A stretch of DNA of 63,996 bases, counting the filler, from Conidiobolus incongruus B7586 (Eukaryota): the NCBI GenBank assembly GCA_000697335.1. It is 28 parts of 28 records of this genome, joined end to end, with 100 filler letters (N's around TTAATTAATTAA, not from the genome) between each part and the next. Parts side by side here need not be neighbours in the genome. Positions count along the whole stretch, not along the records: positions 34,831 to 38,131 come from JNEM01000921.1; positions 38,232 to 39,952 come from JNEM01000922.1; positions 40,053 to 42,083 come from JNEM01000923.1; positions 42,184 to 45,114 come from JNEM01000924.1; positions 45,215 to 47,209 come from JNEM01000925.1; positions 47,310 to 48,910 come from JNEM01000926.1; positions 49,011 to 50,554 come from JNEM01000927.1; positions 50,655 to 52,124 come from JNEM01000928.1; 20 more parts are not named here. The stretch is one strand, 5' to 3'. The number at the start of each line of letters is the position of its first letter. Position 1 is the stretch's first letter. The translations under genes were made by a program, and so were the position numbers. Below, one piece after another: positions 37,297-52,124 of this stretch. A model generated the notes under the pieces. It made no database searches and was not told the DNA's origin. It saw only the letters and a program-made list of their open reading frames with translations.

Positions 37297-38359
37297 ATAT
37301 TTTTTCACTCTGGTTTAGATAATACTAACTCGAAAAATCTAATTAAAATTCCCTCAAGCTTGTATATTAAATTGTAATTTTTCCCAGATTAAAAACATTA
37401 TAAATCAATTTCATTCAAAATTAAATAATAATTTAATTATATTTATCAAATTGATTATAAAATTATGAGTTATACTTTTATTAAATCTATATGCCTGTCT
37501 TTTTTTGTTATTTGAGATTTTTGCAATAACTATAATATTATTAAAAATAATAATTAATATTAAAAATTAAAAAAATTTTTTATTAATTTAATTAAAAATC
37601 TATGTTATATATTATATCATTTTTTAAAATCTTTATTTATTGATCGAATTATTAAGAATAATAATTTTGGAATGTATAATAAAATTTACAATTTTAATTT
37701 AATTCGATTAGTTCAATACAGCTATAATATATATAGACTTGAAAAAAATGTAAATTATCAAATAGGAAATATTATATAGAGTTTACCATAGATATAATAT
37801 TGCTGAAAATCATTTTGTAGTTAAACATTTTGATAGAGAATAGTTAAGGGGTATAATATACCGAAATTTCACGTTATTTAATTTAATTCATATTCAAACT
37901 AAATTCTTATTTCAATATATTTGTTATTTTATAAAGACTTTGATTATGAATTGAAATCTGTTTAATTTTGATACCATGTTGATTTTTATTACTATTATTA
38001 TTATTATTATAATTGTTTATAGTTTATTATTTGAAATTTATATTATTAAATTAATATTTATCAAAATATAAAATAGATTAAATTCAAATATTCTTTTGCT
38101 CAGAAAAATTTTCATATAAAAAAATTCAATTNNNNNNNNNNNNNNNNNNNNNNNNNNNNNNNNNNNNNNNNNNNNTTAATTAATTAANNNNNNNNNNNNN
38201 NNNNNNNNNNNNNNNNNNNNNNNNNNNNNNNTAGTTATTAAAATTGATTTATAAAATTAAAATTATCTATATATTTATATTTTACATAATTTTTAAAATA
38301 TTGAATTTAAATTGAATTATATAAATTACCTATATTTTTTCATTATATTACTATTTAAT

Positions 38360-39655
38360 CAAATAAATATATAACTTTTAATTTCTGATTTTTGAAAACT
38401 ATTATTAGTTTTAAATAAAAAAATATATACAAATCAAATTGGAAAATAAATAGTTTTGAATTATATATATATATATATAATAACTTTTTTGGTTAAAAAA
38501 TAATTTATTAAAATTAGTTGTTTAATTTAATTATACTTAAACCAAATAGTAACCATCAAAAGTTTTATATTTTAGTATCTATAAAACTTAACCAAATTCC
38601 CTCTAAAATCATTCAAAATTTATAAACAGCTTTTAATAATAAAGTATTATCTAAATCAATAATTTATTGCTTAGCAAATTATTTTAAGGCTAAGAGAGAA
38701 ACTACCTAAAACTTGATAAAATATGGAAAACTAATTTCAACTGTCATTCTTCTAATAATTAATAAATTGAAATATTATATTCAAAAGATTTTTTTTATTT
38801 CAGCTAAAAAAAATCAAGATATTTTAATATTAGGCACATAAGTATTTTATATATATTATAGTTTAAATTATAATTAATTAATAAAAATGTAAAATATGAG
38901 TCTTATAATTTAACTAAAACTTATAAAAAAACTAAAGTAGCTATTGCTAAACAAAACTTACTAAGGTATAACCTGAAACAAAAGCTTTTACAGTAATTTA
39001 TTACAATTGATGAATCTTAGATTCCTTTGAATAATTCTTTACTTAAATGTAAATCAATGTGTTAGATTAAGCCAAATCAACCCCTTTCACAAATTCCTTC
39101 AAATAAGTATTTTGTAAATAAGTGAATGTTAATTATTATAATAGATTATATTAGCATATGCTATTCTTATTTAATTTCTAATGGAAAATCAATTAATAGT
39201 AAACTTTATAAATTTTTTTTAAACAAAATTATTTCTAATTATATTCTTATTATATTTTGGGAAAACCTATTATTTTGCAAAATAGTTGCAAAATATATAA
39301 ATCCAAAGTTTACAAAACTTTCTAAATCAAAATAACTGGAAAAAACTACTATATTTAGCATATTCCCTAGATTATAAGCTATGTGATTATAATTGTTTTT
39401 GGCAATTAAAAAACCATCTTATAAGAAAGAAAATTTTTACAAGAAAATTCAATTGTTTTGTGAAATATTAAATTTCAGTCTTCAATAAAAATACTATTTT
39501 TTAGATGTTTGATCTTTGCCAAAAATATAGCAAAAAGTGATTAGAAATAAAGGAAATTATTCATTTTATATTATATAGTCATTTTTACTTTTTATAAATT
39601 AAAATTTTTATTTTTTTTAATTATAAAAAATTCCTATTATTTAAATTATAAAGCA
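38360..39655 (+). mobile_element. mariner family B copy, near full length
   Basis: Colinear with 28380-29665; ITIDES*, YSLDYKLCDYNCFWQLK at 39361; 3' TIR aaaaaattcctattatttaaattataaagca. Confidence 0.87.
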
Positions 39656-40069
39656 ATAATTAGTTATATATGATTATATTTTATCATATTTAGTTAATAT
39701 ATAAAGACCTCAAATTTAACCAAGGAGAGTTATAATTTTAAAGATTTATAAATTAAGGCAATATAAAAAAGATTTTTTATAAATATATATTATTTGTAAT
39801 TTATATAATATGAAAATATTAAGCAAATATTTTAATATTTAATAATTTTTTTCAAAGATCTATTTGTATATTAAATAATACTAAAATGAAAACAAATCAA
39901 TTGTCAAATTATTAAGATTATTTGCATTAGTTAATTTAATATATATAGGGTTNNNNNNNNNNNNNNNNNNNNNNNNNNNNNNNNNNNNNNNNNNNNTTAA
40001 TTAATTAANNNNNNNNNNNNNNNNNNNNNNNNNNNNNNNNNNNNNNNNNNNNATAATTTATTATTTATA

Positions 40070-42083
40070 TTATTTATCACTTTATAAAAAATAAATTATA
40101 AAATCAAAAATATATATATTTTTAATAACTAAAATAAATATATATATTAAATTATCAATATTTAAAATATATAATTCAAGTTTATTATTTAATAATAAAT
40201 GAATATATTTAAATATATTTGATAAATTATTTGTAAAAATATTAATCTTTAATATTTAACCAAGATAAGTCCTAAATTTGCAAATTTTTAAGATAAAGGG
40301 ATATATATAATGATATATAGCTATATCTCTTTTGTTATTATTATTTTTTTATAAATTATGTTATAAGTATATTGAATTTTTTGATTAGTATTATTATATT
40401 TAAAACCCTATTTAAAAAATATTTATATTAATCTATAAAAATAAGTTATAAAATAAAAATCACTTATATATTGACCTATAACTTAAATAACTCTTAATCA
40501 AATTAATTTAAATTAAAGAATATAATTAAAATATATCATCTGATTATAAAAGATTATATTTAATTATATTTAATATATTATTGGTTAATATATCAAATCT
40601 TAAATTTTAAATAAGATGAGTTATAAATTTGTGTGTTTAAAAATTAAAAGGGTAAATAAAACAAAATTATTTAAATCATTTTCTCTTTGATAAAATTATA
40701 TATTAATATTATTATTATAAGATATTATTTTAAATATTATTAATATTATGATACCTAATTCCCTTTCTAAAAAGATTCATTTGTATATTAATCTACTCTA
40801 TAATAAAGATAAATTAACTTATAAGATTACTCGAAATACTAGTGTTAGTTAGTCTACTATAATTAATGCTATTAAAATTATAATAATAATATATCTAAAC
40901 CTAAATTTAAATATACTAAAATTATAGATAAACATGTTAAAGGTATATTTATAGGTTATTTAGTATAAGTAAATATAATATTATTATTAAAGTACAAAAA
41001 GAGTTACAAGACTATGTAAGAATATTAATTAGTACTAATACTAATATATATGCTTTATATTATAATAAATGTTGCTTACACCTTAAGAAAAAACACCCCC
41101 AACTAAAAAAGGCTCATTATAAAGTTAAGTAGGAGTTTAAATATCATTATTATAATTGAACCAAAATTAATTAGAATAAGATTATTTAGTTTGATGAAAT
41201 AAAAAAATATTTAGTATATTTAATAAAAAAGCTAGATGTTTTAGAAAAGACAAAAAATTACTTTGTAGCCATTATATTATTTTAACCTAAAAATATAATA
41301 ATAGGTCAATTATAGTTTAGAGATATATGATATTTTATGGTATAAAGTATCTTTATAATGTTAATGGGGAAATTAATATTAAGATATATTAAAATATTTT
41401 AAATAATAGATTAAAAAAAACTATTGAATAGTATAGATTAAATAAATCAGATAATATTTTTGAATAAGATAATATCTTTTGTAATATTATTATTTCTATT
41501 TCCAAATGATTTAAAAATAATAAAATGATAATTATAAAGTGGCCACTTCAATCCTCTAACCTTAATCTAATTGAATACCTTTGGGATCAGTTAAAAAATA
41601 ATTAAAACTTTCCCATCAGCAAAAAAATTTAATGAGCTTTAGGAATATATTTAAGAAGCTTAGAATAAAATTAATCCTTCTTAATATAAGAAGTTAGTTG
41701 ACTTTATGCCTTATAAACTTTAGGAAGTTAGAAAAGCAAAAAATATATACTAAGTTTTAATTTTCTTTTTATAACCAAAATATATAAAGTAATGACTTAT
41801 CTTAGGTAAAATATAAATTTTAATATATCAACTAGAAGTTAATATAATTAGATTAAATATATTTTATTATAAATAAATAATATAAGTTTATTATATATTT
41901 TAATTTAAATGAATTTGATTAAGAATTAACAGAGTTATTAATAAAAATATATATAATTATAATTTTATAACTTATTTTTGTAAGTTAGTATATATATAAT
42001 TAACTTTTAACAAAATAAATCAACTTATAATATTATTAAAGCTATTAAGAATAATAATAAAAATATATTTAAACTTAAATATA
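40070..42083 (+). mobile_element. Tc1 family A host copy (A1), split by an inserted A2 copy
   Basis: 40070-40424 and 41994-42083 rejoin to match 57720-58110 (..aaaaattcatttgtgtatgaattaactttat..aatcaacttataatattatt), with a short deletion. Confidence 0.75.
40425..41993 (+). mobile_element. full-length Tc1 (DD34E) element, subfamily A2, about 1.57 kb
   Basis: KKKHPQLKKAH..*TKIN*NKII*FDEIK (=WSDETK), FE*DN (=FQQDN) and KWPLQSSNLNLIEYLWDQLK (=WPxQSPDLNPIExLW, 41540-41595), with 34 residues between D and E. Both TIRs are present. Confidence 0.9.
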
Positions 42084-45000
42084 NNNNNNNNNNNNNNNNN
42101 NNNNNNNNNNNNNNNNNNNNNNNNNNNTTAATTAATTAANNNNNNNNNNNNNNNNNNNNNNNNNNNNNNNNNNNNNNNNNNNNTATAAAAATATTTTTAA
42201 CTCATGAAATATATAATGATTAAAAAAGATTTTTATATTATAATAAATATTGTTAAAAATATAGATTATTATTTTAATAATTAAAGAATATAAATCTTAT
42301 TAAAATTTACTATTATAATTAAATATATAACGCTATTATTTAATATATTTGATTTTTCAAATTTAGAGATATTATAATTTAATTATATAAATATAGATCC
42401 ATTAGTTAAGCTGCAATTGGATTGAACTTTTTCTGACTTATATTTATCATAGATCTTACCTCAACACAAATTCTATAATAATTTGCACTTAGATTTCAAA
42501 ACTAAATTTTTCATTAAATACTTACCCTAATTAAATATTTAATAGTGATTAAGGAATTATTTTTAAATTCACAACGAATAAAAATTATAACCTCAATGAT
42601 AACTGATATTAAAATTATCAAATATATATCATGATAGTTAATATTATTTTGATAAGATTGATACTATTAGTAATTATAAAAAAATTCAATTATCAATCAA
42701 TTATATTTAAAATAATAAAAATATTAAGAATATAAAAATTTTTATTAATAATTATTCAGATAATGATGATTTAATACTCTTATGTATTTTTATTTATTGT
42801 TAATTTCAATATTAATTTTATCAAACTAATAATATATAATATAAACTAATATTACAAATATATTAACTACTTACATAATTCAATTATTTTATTTGGAATA
42901 AATATATCATATTAGTAAAATTTATCTTACTTCAATAATTGAGCTAAATATCAATGATATATAATGTATTTAATACTGTATATTATTTTCAAATTCACTA
43001 ATATTTAATAACATTTTAAGATTAAATTAAATAGATTAAATATATAAGAATATTCCACAAAATGTATAAATTATTGTTTAATTTGATGAAATAATTAAAA
43101 TTGAAAAAATAATTTAGATTATTAAGTGTGAGAAAATTTAGTTATAGATAATATGTAAATAATTATTCACTGATAAATTATAACGCTATTATTTTTATTT
43201 GATTAATTTGATAAATAATTGACTTGATAAAAAGGAATTAGATTATTCATTTAATATAGATTAAAAGCAATTGCTCATCATAATTTAAATTTAATAATTT
43301 GATCTTTAAAAAACTCAAAAATTAATAAAATATTAGATTAGTTGTGTATAGCTAATTTTTATCAAAATATTTAGTATTTACATATATATATTTTGGATTA
43401 ATTAATTTGTTAAAATACAAAGCTCCTCACTATGTAAATCATTATAAAATGTTAAACATATAAAACTATCATTTTACACACGTCGAACATTAACTTTAAT
43501 AATAAATTTATTATTGTTAATAAGAATGTTAATTTCTTATATTCTTTGATTAAATAATTATACCTGATTAATTAATAAAAATAAATTAATTAATTAAAAT
43601 TATTTATAATATTTCAATATATAAAATAAAAATTTTAAAATTAGAGTTAAATTCTATTTATTAGATAATTAATTAAATAATTAAAATAAAAAAGTTAAAA
43701 TTTTATATATGTTAAAAATTTTTTTATCAATAATAAAATAAAATAAATATTTAACATTATTAATAAAAAAAATATTTTAAAATTAATCAAATATTAATAA
43801 ATTTAAAAAATATTAGTTATTAATATTGAACTAAATTAAGTAATAATCTAAATAATTGATAATTTTTATTCGTATGGAACGTTTATTATCTAAAGAGAAG
43901 ATACCGTTTAATTTAATATGTGCTAAAGTAAAAGGTTGGTGCTTATTATATTAAATATACATAACTTATATCAGTTATATTGTACAGGTATTATTTTTTT
44001 AATCTGTTGGTATTGAAAACAAGTTCATATTGTTTAGATTTATTATGAAATGTTGATTTTATATAACTTTATAATGTTATATAAACAATTAAGTGATATG
44101 TATAGTTTGATGAATATTAATTAAAATTCATTTATTTAATATTATTATTTTAAAATATGAATTAGAAGAATAAATAATTTCTTATCAACTGTCATCTGAT
44201 AAAAAATTACAAATATAAACAATATAAAATTATATTTTATAAAAAATCAATCAATAGATCTATTAATGACATCCATTTAAAAATTTCTTATAAATTTTTA
44301 AATTTAAATTAAATAGGTTAAAATTTTTTTGAAAGTACAATTTAATGCCTTTTTTATAAAAAATAAATTTAATTAATAGGTTCATATATGAATCATTTCA
44401 ATACTTCAGTAAGATCTTTATATCAAATGAATTGTTTGTGGTTCTATAGAATCATAGCATTATTAGTTATATATGCTATTATAATTATCAATGCAAATTC
44501 CGTTTATTGATATTATCTTGATATTTTTGAGTTTATTGAGCAATCACTTCCTTATCAGGCAACCTATAAAGTATCCAAATTACCAGAATTGATAAAATGG
44601 TCATTCAAAGAGTTTAATGGTATTTTTTATTGAATTCATCCTATAAATATCAATACAAAACTGAAATAGGTTACACTTTTCGGTAGATTATAATTTTGTG
44701 TTGAAAACACATTAAACAGGTTTATTATACTTATAAATTGTTATCTAATATTAAATTTGTTCTTTAATGTTGATAATATCATCTACATTATATGTAACTC
44801 AAAAGCATTATTGAATATTATCTTAATAATATTATTTAATGATAATGTAGATATTCATGATTGTTTCCAAATACGTATATATTAATTTATATTTAATGAT
44901 TTTCTTTTAGATTTAATACCTATCAAAATTAAATATTAGATAAAATAATTAAATTTTTTAATTATTTTTAATTAAATATTAAAACCACTAAAAAATTTGA

Positions 45001-45279
45001 TTATTGATTAAAAATGATATCATTATTTTTTTTTAATATAATTTATTATATTTTTATTTAAAGGATTTCTATTAAATTTTTTAATTAGTTTTTTTATTTT
45101 ACATAATATATTATNNNNNNNNNNNNNNNNNNNNNNNNNNNNNNNNNNNNNNNNNNNNTTAATTAATTAANNNNNNNNNNNNNNNNNNNNNNNNNNNNNN
45201 NNNNNNNNNNNNNNTTTTATATTAACTATATAAAATTCAGTTATTAAGTAATAATTTAATAAAAAAAATTATTAAATTA

Positions 45280-45861
45280 AATAACTTATAAAAATAAGCT
45301 ATAAAATCAGAAACATTTATATTTTTATTAATACCTTTATTAATATTTAATAAATTAAACCCAAATTATATATCATTAGATAATGATAATTAGTTATTTA
45401 TTGGCTAAAATATCAATCTATAAATTTTACCTAAAATAATATATAAAGTTTTAGGTTTTTGGTGATAAAAAAATCAAAACTTAATATATCTATCATTAAC
45501 TTTTTTAATTTCTTTAAATTTATAAGGATATAGAATCAATTAACCTTTTATATTAATAAGGGTAATTTTATTCTATATTTCTTAAATATATTCCTAAATT
45601 TAATTTAATACTTTTATAAAAGGAAAATATTAATAGTTATATTTAACTTATTCTAATGATATTTAATTAATTTAAGATTAAGTGATTAAAAAAAACTACT
45701 TAATAACTATTATTTTGTTATTTTTAAGCTATTTGGTATTAGAAACTATAATATAATAAATGGTATTATTTTGTTAGAAAATAATATTAGATTTAATTCA
45801 CTTATACTTTTTAATGGTTTTTTGATTTATTATATAATATATTTTTATATATCTTGATATT
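45280..45861 (-). mobile_element. 3' half of a Tc1 family A copy, cut at a TA by a mariner
   Basis: The terminus acttataaaaataagctataaaatcagaaacatttat is colinear with 47365-47980 up to gatatTA. Confidence 0.8.
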
Positions 45862-47155
45862 ACTTTGTATTTTATATAATGGGAATTTTTTGCAATTGAA
45901 AAAAAATAACCATTTTAATATATAAAAAATAAAAATATATATAATATAATATTTATAATTTTTTTTATTTCTATTAATTTTTTGATATATCTTTTATAAA
46001 AATCTAATATCTTCAAAATAATTCTTTTTATTAAATACTGAAATTTAATGTTTTACAAACTAATTAAATTTTTTATAAAAATTTTCTTTTCTATTAGCTG
46101 GTGTTTTTATTACCTAAAATAATTATAATCATAGAGGTTATAATCTAAGGAATATATTAGATATAATAGTTTTTTCCAATTATTTTTAATTAATAATTTT
46201 TTTTAATTTTAGATATATTTATTTTGCAATTATTATATAATATAATAAGTTTTTTCAAATTATATTAATAATATTAATTAGAAATAGTTTTATTTAAAAA
46301 AGGAATATAAAATATGTTATTAATTGATTTTCCTTTAGGAATTATTTAAAAATAGCATATGCTATTATAATCCATTATAAAAATTAATATTTGATTATCA
46401 ACAAAGTGTTCATTTAGAGAAATTTATAGAAAAGGTTAATTTAGCTTAATCTAACAACTTAATTTATATTTTAACAAAGGATTATACAAAGGAATCTAAG
46501 ATTCATCAATTGCAATAATTTATTATTAAAGCATTAATTTCTAGCTCTACCTTAGTAAGTTTTGTTTAATAATAGCTACTTTAACTTTTTTAAGTTTTAG
46601 TTAAGTTTAAAATAATAATTTTATAATTTTATCAATTAATTTTAATTTAAACTTTAATATATATAAAATATTTATATAACTAATATTAAAATATCTTGAT
46701 AATTCTCTAGCTTAAATAAAAAAGTTCTTTTTAATATAATTTTTCATTTTATTAATAATTAGAAGAGTGATAATTAAAATTAGTTTTTTCAATTTTATTA
46801 GGTTTTGGATAGTTTCTTTTCTAGCTTTAAAGTATTTTACTTAGCAATAAATTATTGATTTAGATTATACTTTATTATCAAAAGCTACTTGTAAATTTTA
46901 AATGATTTTAGAGGGTTTGTGGTTAAGTTTTGTTAATATTAAAATAAAAAACACTTGATGAATATTATTTAGTTTAAATATAATTAAATTAAATAACTAA
47001 TTTAAGAAGTTAATTTTTTAATCAAAAAAATATTTATATATATATTAAAAATAAATAATTCTTTATAAATTTTATACTTATTTATTTATTAAACCTTATT
47101 AATTTGTTTGAAAAATTAGATATTAAAAATTTCCCATTATTTCAGATTTAAAATA
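45862..47155 (-). mobile_element. full-length mariner family B copy
   Basis: Best-preserved TIR cores: taatgggaattttt (45878) and aaaaatttcccatta (47125-47139). The internal sequence is the reverse complement of 28380-29640. Confidence 0.88.
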
Positions 47156-47359
47156 TTATTAAATAATAATTTAAATATCATAATTATAATTTTAATTGAA
47201 ATTATATTANNNNNNNNNNNNNNNNNNNNNNNNNNNNNNNNNNNNNNNNNNNNTTAATTAATTAANNNNNNNNNNNNNNNNNNNNNNNNNNNNNNNNNNN
47301 NNNNNNNNNATATATGAATAAAAATTATTCAATTTAATATAAATAATCAAAAATTATTT

Positions 47360-48910
47360 ATACATTAATTTACAAAAATAAGACAAAAAATCAAAAATAT
47401 TTATATTTTTACAAATAACTTAATTAATATTTATAAAATAAACCTAAATTAAATAATTAAAATCTATTATATTAATTAATAATATATATCATTAAATGAT
47501 AATATTTAGCTATTAATTGGTTAAAATATAAACTTCTAAATTTTATCTTAAATGAGTTATAAATTTGTAGGTTTTTAATGAAAAAAAAATTAAAACCTAG
47601 TATATCTACCTTTAGTGTTTCTAATTTCCTTAAGTTTATAGGGAATAGAATTAACTAACTTTTTATACTAAAAAGGGTTAATCTTATTCTATATTTTTTT
47701 AATATTATCTTAAAGCTAATCTAAATTATTTATTAAAAAAAGCTTTAATAGCTTTTTTTAACTAATCACAAAGATATTTAATTAGGTTAAAGTTAAGAAA
47801 ATAAAAAAACTACTTCATAACTATTATCTTGTTATTTTTAAGTTATTTGGTAATAAAAGCTATAATATAGCAAAAGGTATTATCTTACTGGAAAATAATA
47901 TTAAATATGTTTAACCTATACTATTCAATGTTTTTTTTTCAATTTATTATTTAGAATATTTTAGTATATCTTAGTATTAATTCCCCTATTAACTTTATAA
48001 AGATATTTTACATCTAAAGATAATATATATCCCTATAAAATAATTAACTTATTATTATATATTTAGGTAAAATTAATATAATAGTTATAAAGTAATTTTA
48101 TATCTTTTCTAAAGTATCTAACTTTTTAATTAAAACTACTAAAATATATTTTTATATTATTAAATTTAATAACCTTACTCTAATTAATTATAATTTAATA
48201 TTAATAATGATATTTAAACTCCTGCTTAACTTTACAATAGGATTTTTTTAATTGGGGGTGTTTTTTCTTAAAGTGTAAATAATATCTATATTAATATAAA
48301 ACATGTATAATAATATTAATACTAACCAATATTCCTATATAGGTTTATAATTCTTGTTGTATTTCTATAGCAATACTATATTTACTTATATTAACTAACT
48401 TACAGATATATTTCTTATTATATTCATTTATAATCTTAATACATTTAAATTTAAGTTTAAATGTATTTTTATTGTTATTCTTAACAACTTTAGCAATAGT
48501 AAACTAATTAACACTAGTAATTTTAACAATACTATAAGTTGATTTACCTATTTTATAAAGTTGATTGATATATAAATACATTTTTTTAGAGAGTGATTTA
48601 AATATAATGATATTAATAAAAAGATTTTAATATATCTATAAAATATTATATAAAATAATAACAGAAAAAGAAAAAAGATATGGTTATATATTGTTAAATA
48701 TATCCCCTTATCTCAAAAACCTGCAAATTTATAACTCGCCTTAGTTAAGTATTAAAAGTTAATATTTTTGCTAATAGTTTACTAAATATATCTAAATATA
48801 TTTATTTATTATCAAATAATATACTTGAATTATATATTATAATTTCAAGTAATTTAATATATATAATTATTTTAGTTATTAATTAATATATATATTTTGA
48901 TTTTATAACT
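47360..48910 (-). mobile_element. Tc1 family A copy, essentially full length
   Basis: Both terminal regions are present; ttgggggtgttttttctt (the KKKHP motif on the minus strand) is at 48252. Confidence 0.88.
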
Positions 48911-49010
48911 NNNNNNNNNNNNNNNNNNNNNNNNNNNNNNNNNNNNNNNNNNNNTTAATTAATTAANNNNNNNNNNNNNNNNNNNNNNNNNNNNNNNNNN
49001 NNNNNNNNNN

Positions 49011-50554
49011 ATATTAGTTTATAAATATAAGTTATAAAATTAAAAATATAAATATTTCTATTAATATCTTAATCAATTATAAATTAAATAAACTTATATT
49101 AAATTATATAATTAATAGGTATTTTTTATTTATAATATAATACATTAAGTTAAATTTAATTAATTTTTAATTGATATATTATGACTAAAAATATAATTAA
49201 GATAGATTAAAAATTTGTGGGTTTTAATGTTAATAGAATAATTAATATCTAGTATATCTATCTTTTGTTTTTCTAGCCTCTTTAAGTTTATAGGATATAA
49301 AGTCAATTAACTTCTTATATTAAACAAGATTAATATTACTTTAAGCTTTTTAAATATACTTTTAAAGTTCTTTTAAATTTTTTATTAAAGGGAAAGCTTT
49401 AATTAATTTTAAAAATATTTAATTAAGTTAAGATTAAAAAATTAAAGATGTTATTTCATAATAGTTATTTTTTTATTTTTAAGCTATTTAATAATAGAAT
49501 TTATAGTATAACAAAAGTTATTATTTTGTTAGAATATAATGTTTAATTTATTTAATTTATACCACTCAATAGTTTTTTCAATTTATTATTTAGAAATCTT
49601 TAATATATCTTAGTATTAATTCCATTATTAATCTTACAAAGATATCTTATATCTAAAGATAATATATATCCCTAAATTATAATTAACTTATTATTATATT
49701 TTTGAGTTATAATAACATAATTTTTATAAAGTAATTTTTTATCTTTTTTGAAATATTTATCTTTTTTATTTAATCTATTAAAATATATCTTTGTTTCATT
49801 AAATTAAATAACTTTATTTTAATTAATTTTGGTTTAACTTTAATTATGAATTTTAAACTCTTGCCTAATTTTATAACTAAACTTTTTTAGTTAAGATATT
49901 TTTTTAAAATATAAGTGGTATTTATTCTAATATAAAGTATATATAATAGTATTAATATTAGTTAATATCCTTATATAGTTCTATAATTCTTGTTATATTT
50001 TTATAATAATATTACACTTACTTATACTAATTAATTTATAAATATATTATTTATCATATTTATCTATAATTTGAACCCATTTAAGTTTTAGTTTATATGT
50101 TTTTTAAATTTATTCTTAATAACCTTAGTTATAATAAATTAACTAATACTAATAATTTTAATAATCTTATAAGTTGATTTATTTTGATTATAAAACTGAT
50201 CAATATATAAATAACTTTTTTAAAAAAAGATTTAAGCTTTATAATATTAATTTTAAAATATTAGTTTAATAGTTTTATAATGTATATAATATAATAGAAG
50301 AAAAAAAGATTTATATAAGTTTTATTATTTATACCCATTTAACTTATAAACCCATAAATTTAAAACTCACCTTAGTTAAATTTTAGGTTTTGATATATTA
50401 ATCAATAGTTAATAAATTATAATTAAATATAGTTAGCTATAATCAATTAATATAGATAAATATATATTTTAATTTAAATTGATTTATTTAAGAATTATTT
50501 AAGATATAAATAAATATATAATTAATTTTAATTTTATGACTTATTTTTATAGGC
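49011..50554 (-). mobile_element. Tc1 subfamily A2 copy, full length
   Basis: The 5' end (50300-50554) matches the reverse complement of 40430-40660; ends ttttatgacttatttttataggc. Confidence 0.85.
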
Positions 50555-50654
50555 NNNNNNNNNNNNNNNNNNNNNNNNNNNNNNNNNNNNNNNNNNNNTT
50601 AATTAATTAANNNNNNNNNNNNNNNNNNNNNNNNNNNNNNNNNNNNNNNNNNNN

Positions 50655-52124
50655 AATTAATATTATAATACTTAAATCTCTCTTTAAAAAAGTTTACTTA
50701 TATATTAATTAACTTTATAATGAAAATAAATCAACTTGTAAGATTGTTAGAATTACTAGTGTTAGTTAATTTATTATAGCTAGGGTTATTAAAACTAATA
50801 TTAAAAAAACATTTAAATTAAAACTTAAATATATAAAAATTATAGATAAGTATGATAAAAAGTATATTTATAGATTAGTTAGTATAGGTAAGTATAATTA
50901 TATTATCCTAATATTAGAAATTAAAATAGTTATATTAAATTAAGTTAAAGTATAGATAAGTTATAAAATTAAAATATAGTTATATAAAATTTTATTAGAA
51001 ATTTTTAATAAAACTTAAAGTTAGTTCCTTTAAATAAATAAATAAATAGATAATTAAATAAATAAATAAATAGCTAAATAAAACTTTATTATATTTTCCC
51101 TTTTGGTATTAAAATATAAATAGATTAATTTAAGGAAAAATAAGATAAAAGATAAATTATAGGTAAACTAATATAAAAGGTAAAATAAATATAAATTAAT
51201 TAAATAGATATGTGATAGTAATATTGCTATAAAAGTATAACAAGAATTACAAGACTATATAAGAATATTAATTAATATTGATACTATTATATATATTTTA
51301 TATTAAAATAAATATTACTTATATTTCAAGAAAAAACACCCTTAACTAAAAAAGTCCCATTATAAAGCTAGGTACAAGTTTAAATACCAATACTAAAACT
51401 AAAACTGATTAAAGTAAAGTTATTTAGTTTAATAAAACAAAGATATATCTTAATAAATTTTATAAAAAAGCTAAATGTTTCAAAAAAGATAAAGAATTAT
51501 TTTATGACTATTATGTTATTATAACCTAAAAATATAATAATAGGTTAATTATAATTTAAGGATATATGTTATCTTTAGATATAAGATATCTTTGTATAGT
51601 TAATAAGGGAATTAATATTAAGATATATTAAAGCATTTTAAATAATAAATTAAAAAAACTATTGAGTGATATAAGTTAAATAAATTAAATATTTTTTCTA
51701 ATAAGATTATACTCTTTATTATATTATAAATTCTATTATTAAATGGCTTAAAAATAACAAAATAACTATTATAAAATAATTTCTTTAATCTATTAATCTT
51801 AACTTAATTAAATATCTTTAAGTTTAACTAAAAAAATTAATTAAAACTTTCCCTCTAACAAAAAATATAAATTAACTTTAAGAGTATATTTAAGAAGCTT
51901 AGAATAATATTAGTCTTGCTTAATATAAAAAGTTAATTGATTTTATACCCTATAAACTTAAAGAAGTTAGAAAAGCAAAAGATAAATATACTTGATATTA
52001 ATTTTTCTATTAATACTAAAACCTATAAATTTATAACTTATTTTAAGTATATTTTTAATTTTAATATATTAATTAATAATTAATTAAATTTAACTTTATA
52101 TATTTTATTAATAATAAAAAATAT
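50655..52124 (+). mobile_element. Tc1 family A copy with a solo-LTR insertion
   Basis: Colinear with 57940-59050 once 50899-51217 is removed. Confidence 0.85.
50899..51217 (-). mobile_element. solo LTR-like element 2, copy a (319 bp)
   Basis: Reverse-complement match to 56746-57062; flanks ataat / gtaat form a 5-bp TSD with one G>A. Confidence 0.75.

Noticed and set aside
40425..41993. Alternative genetic code (TAA/TAG/TGA read as Gln/Trp) explaining in-frame stops
   Set aside because: Stops vary among copies, some copies keep TGG/CAA at the same sites, frameshifts and catalytic D>N changes co-occur, and intact genes terminate at TAG/TAA.
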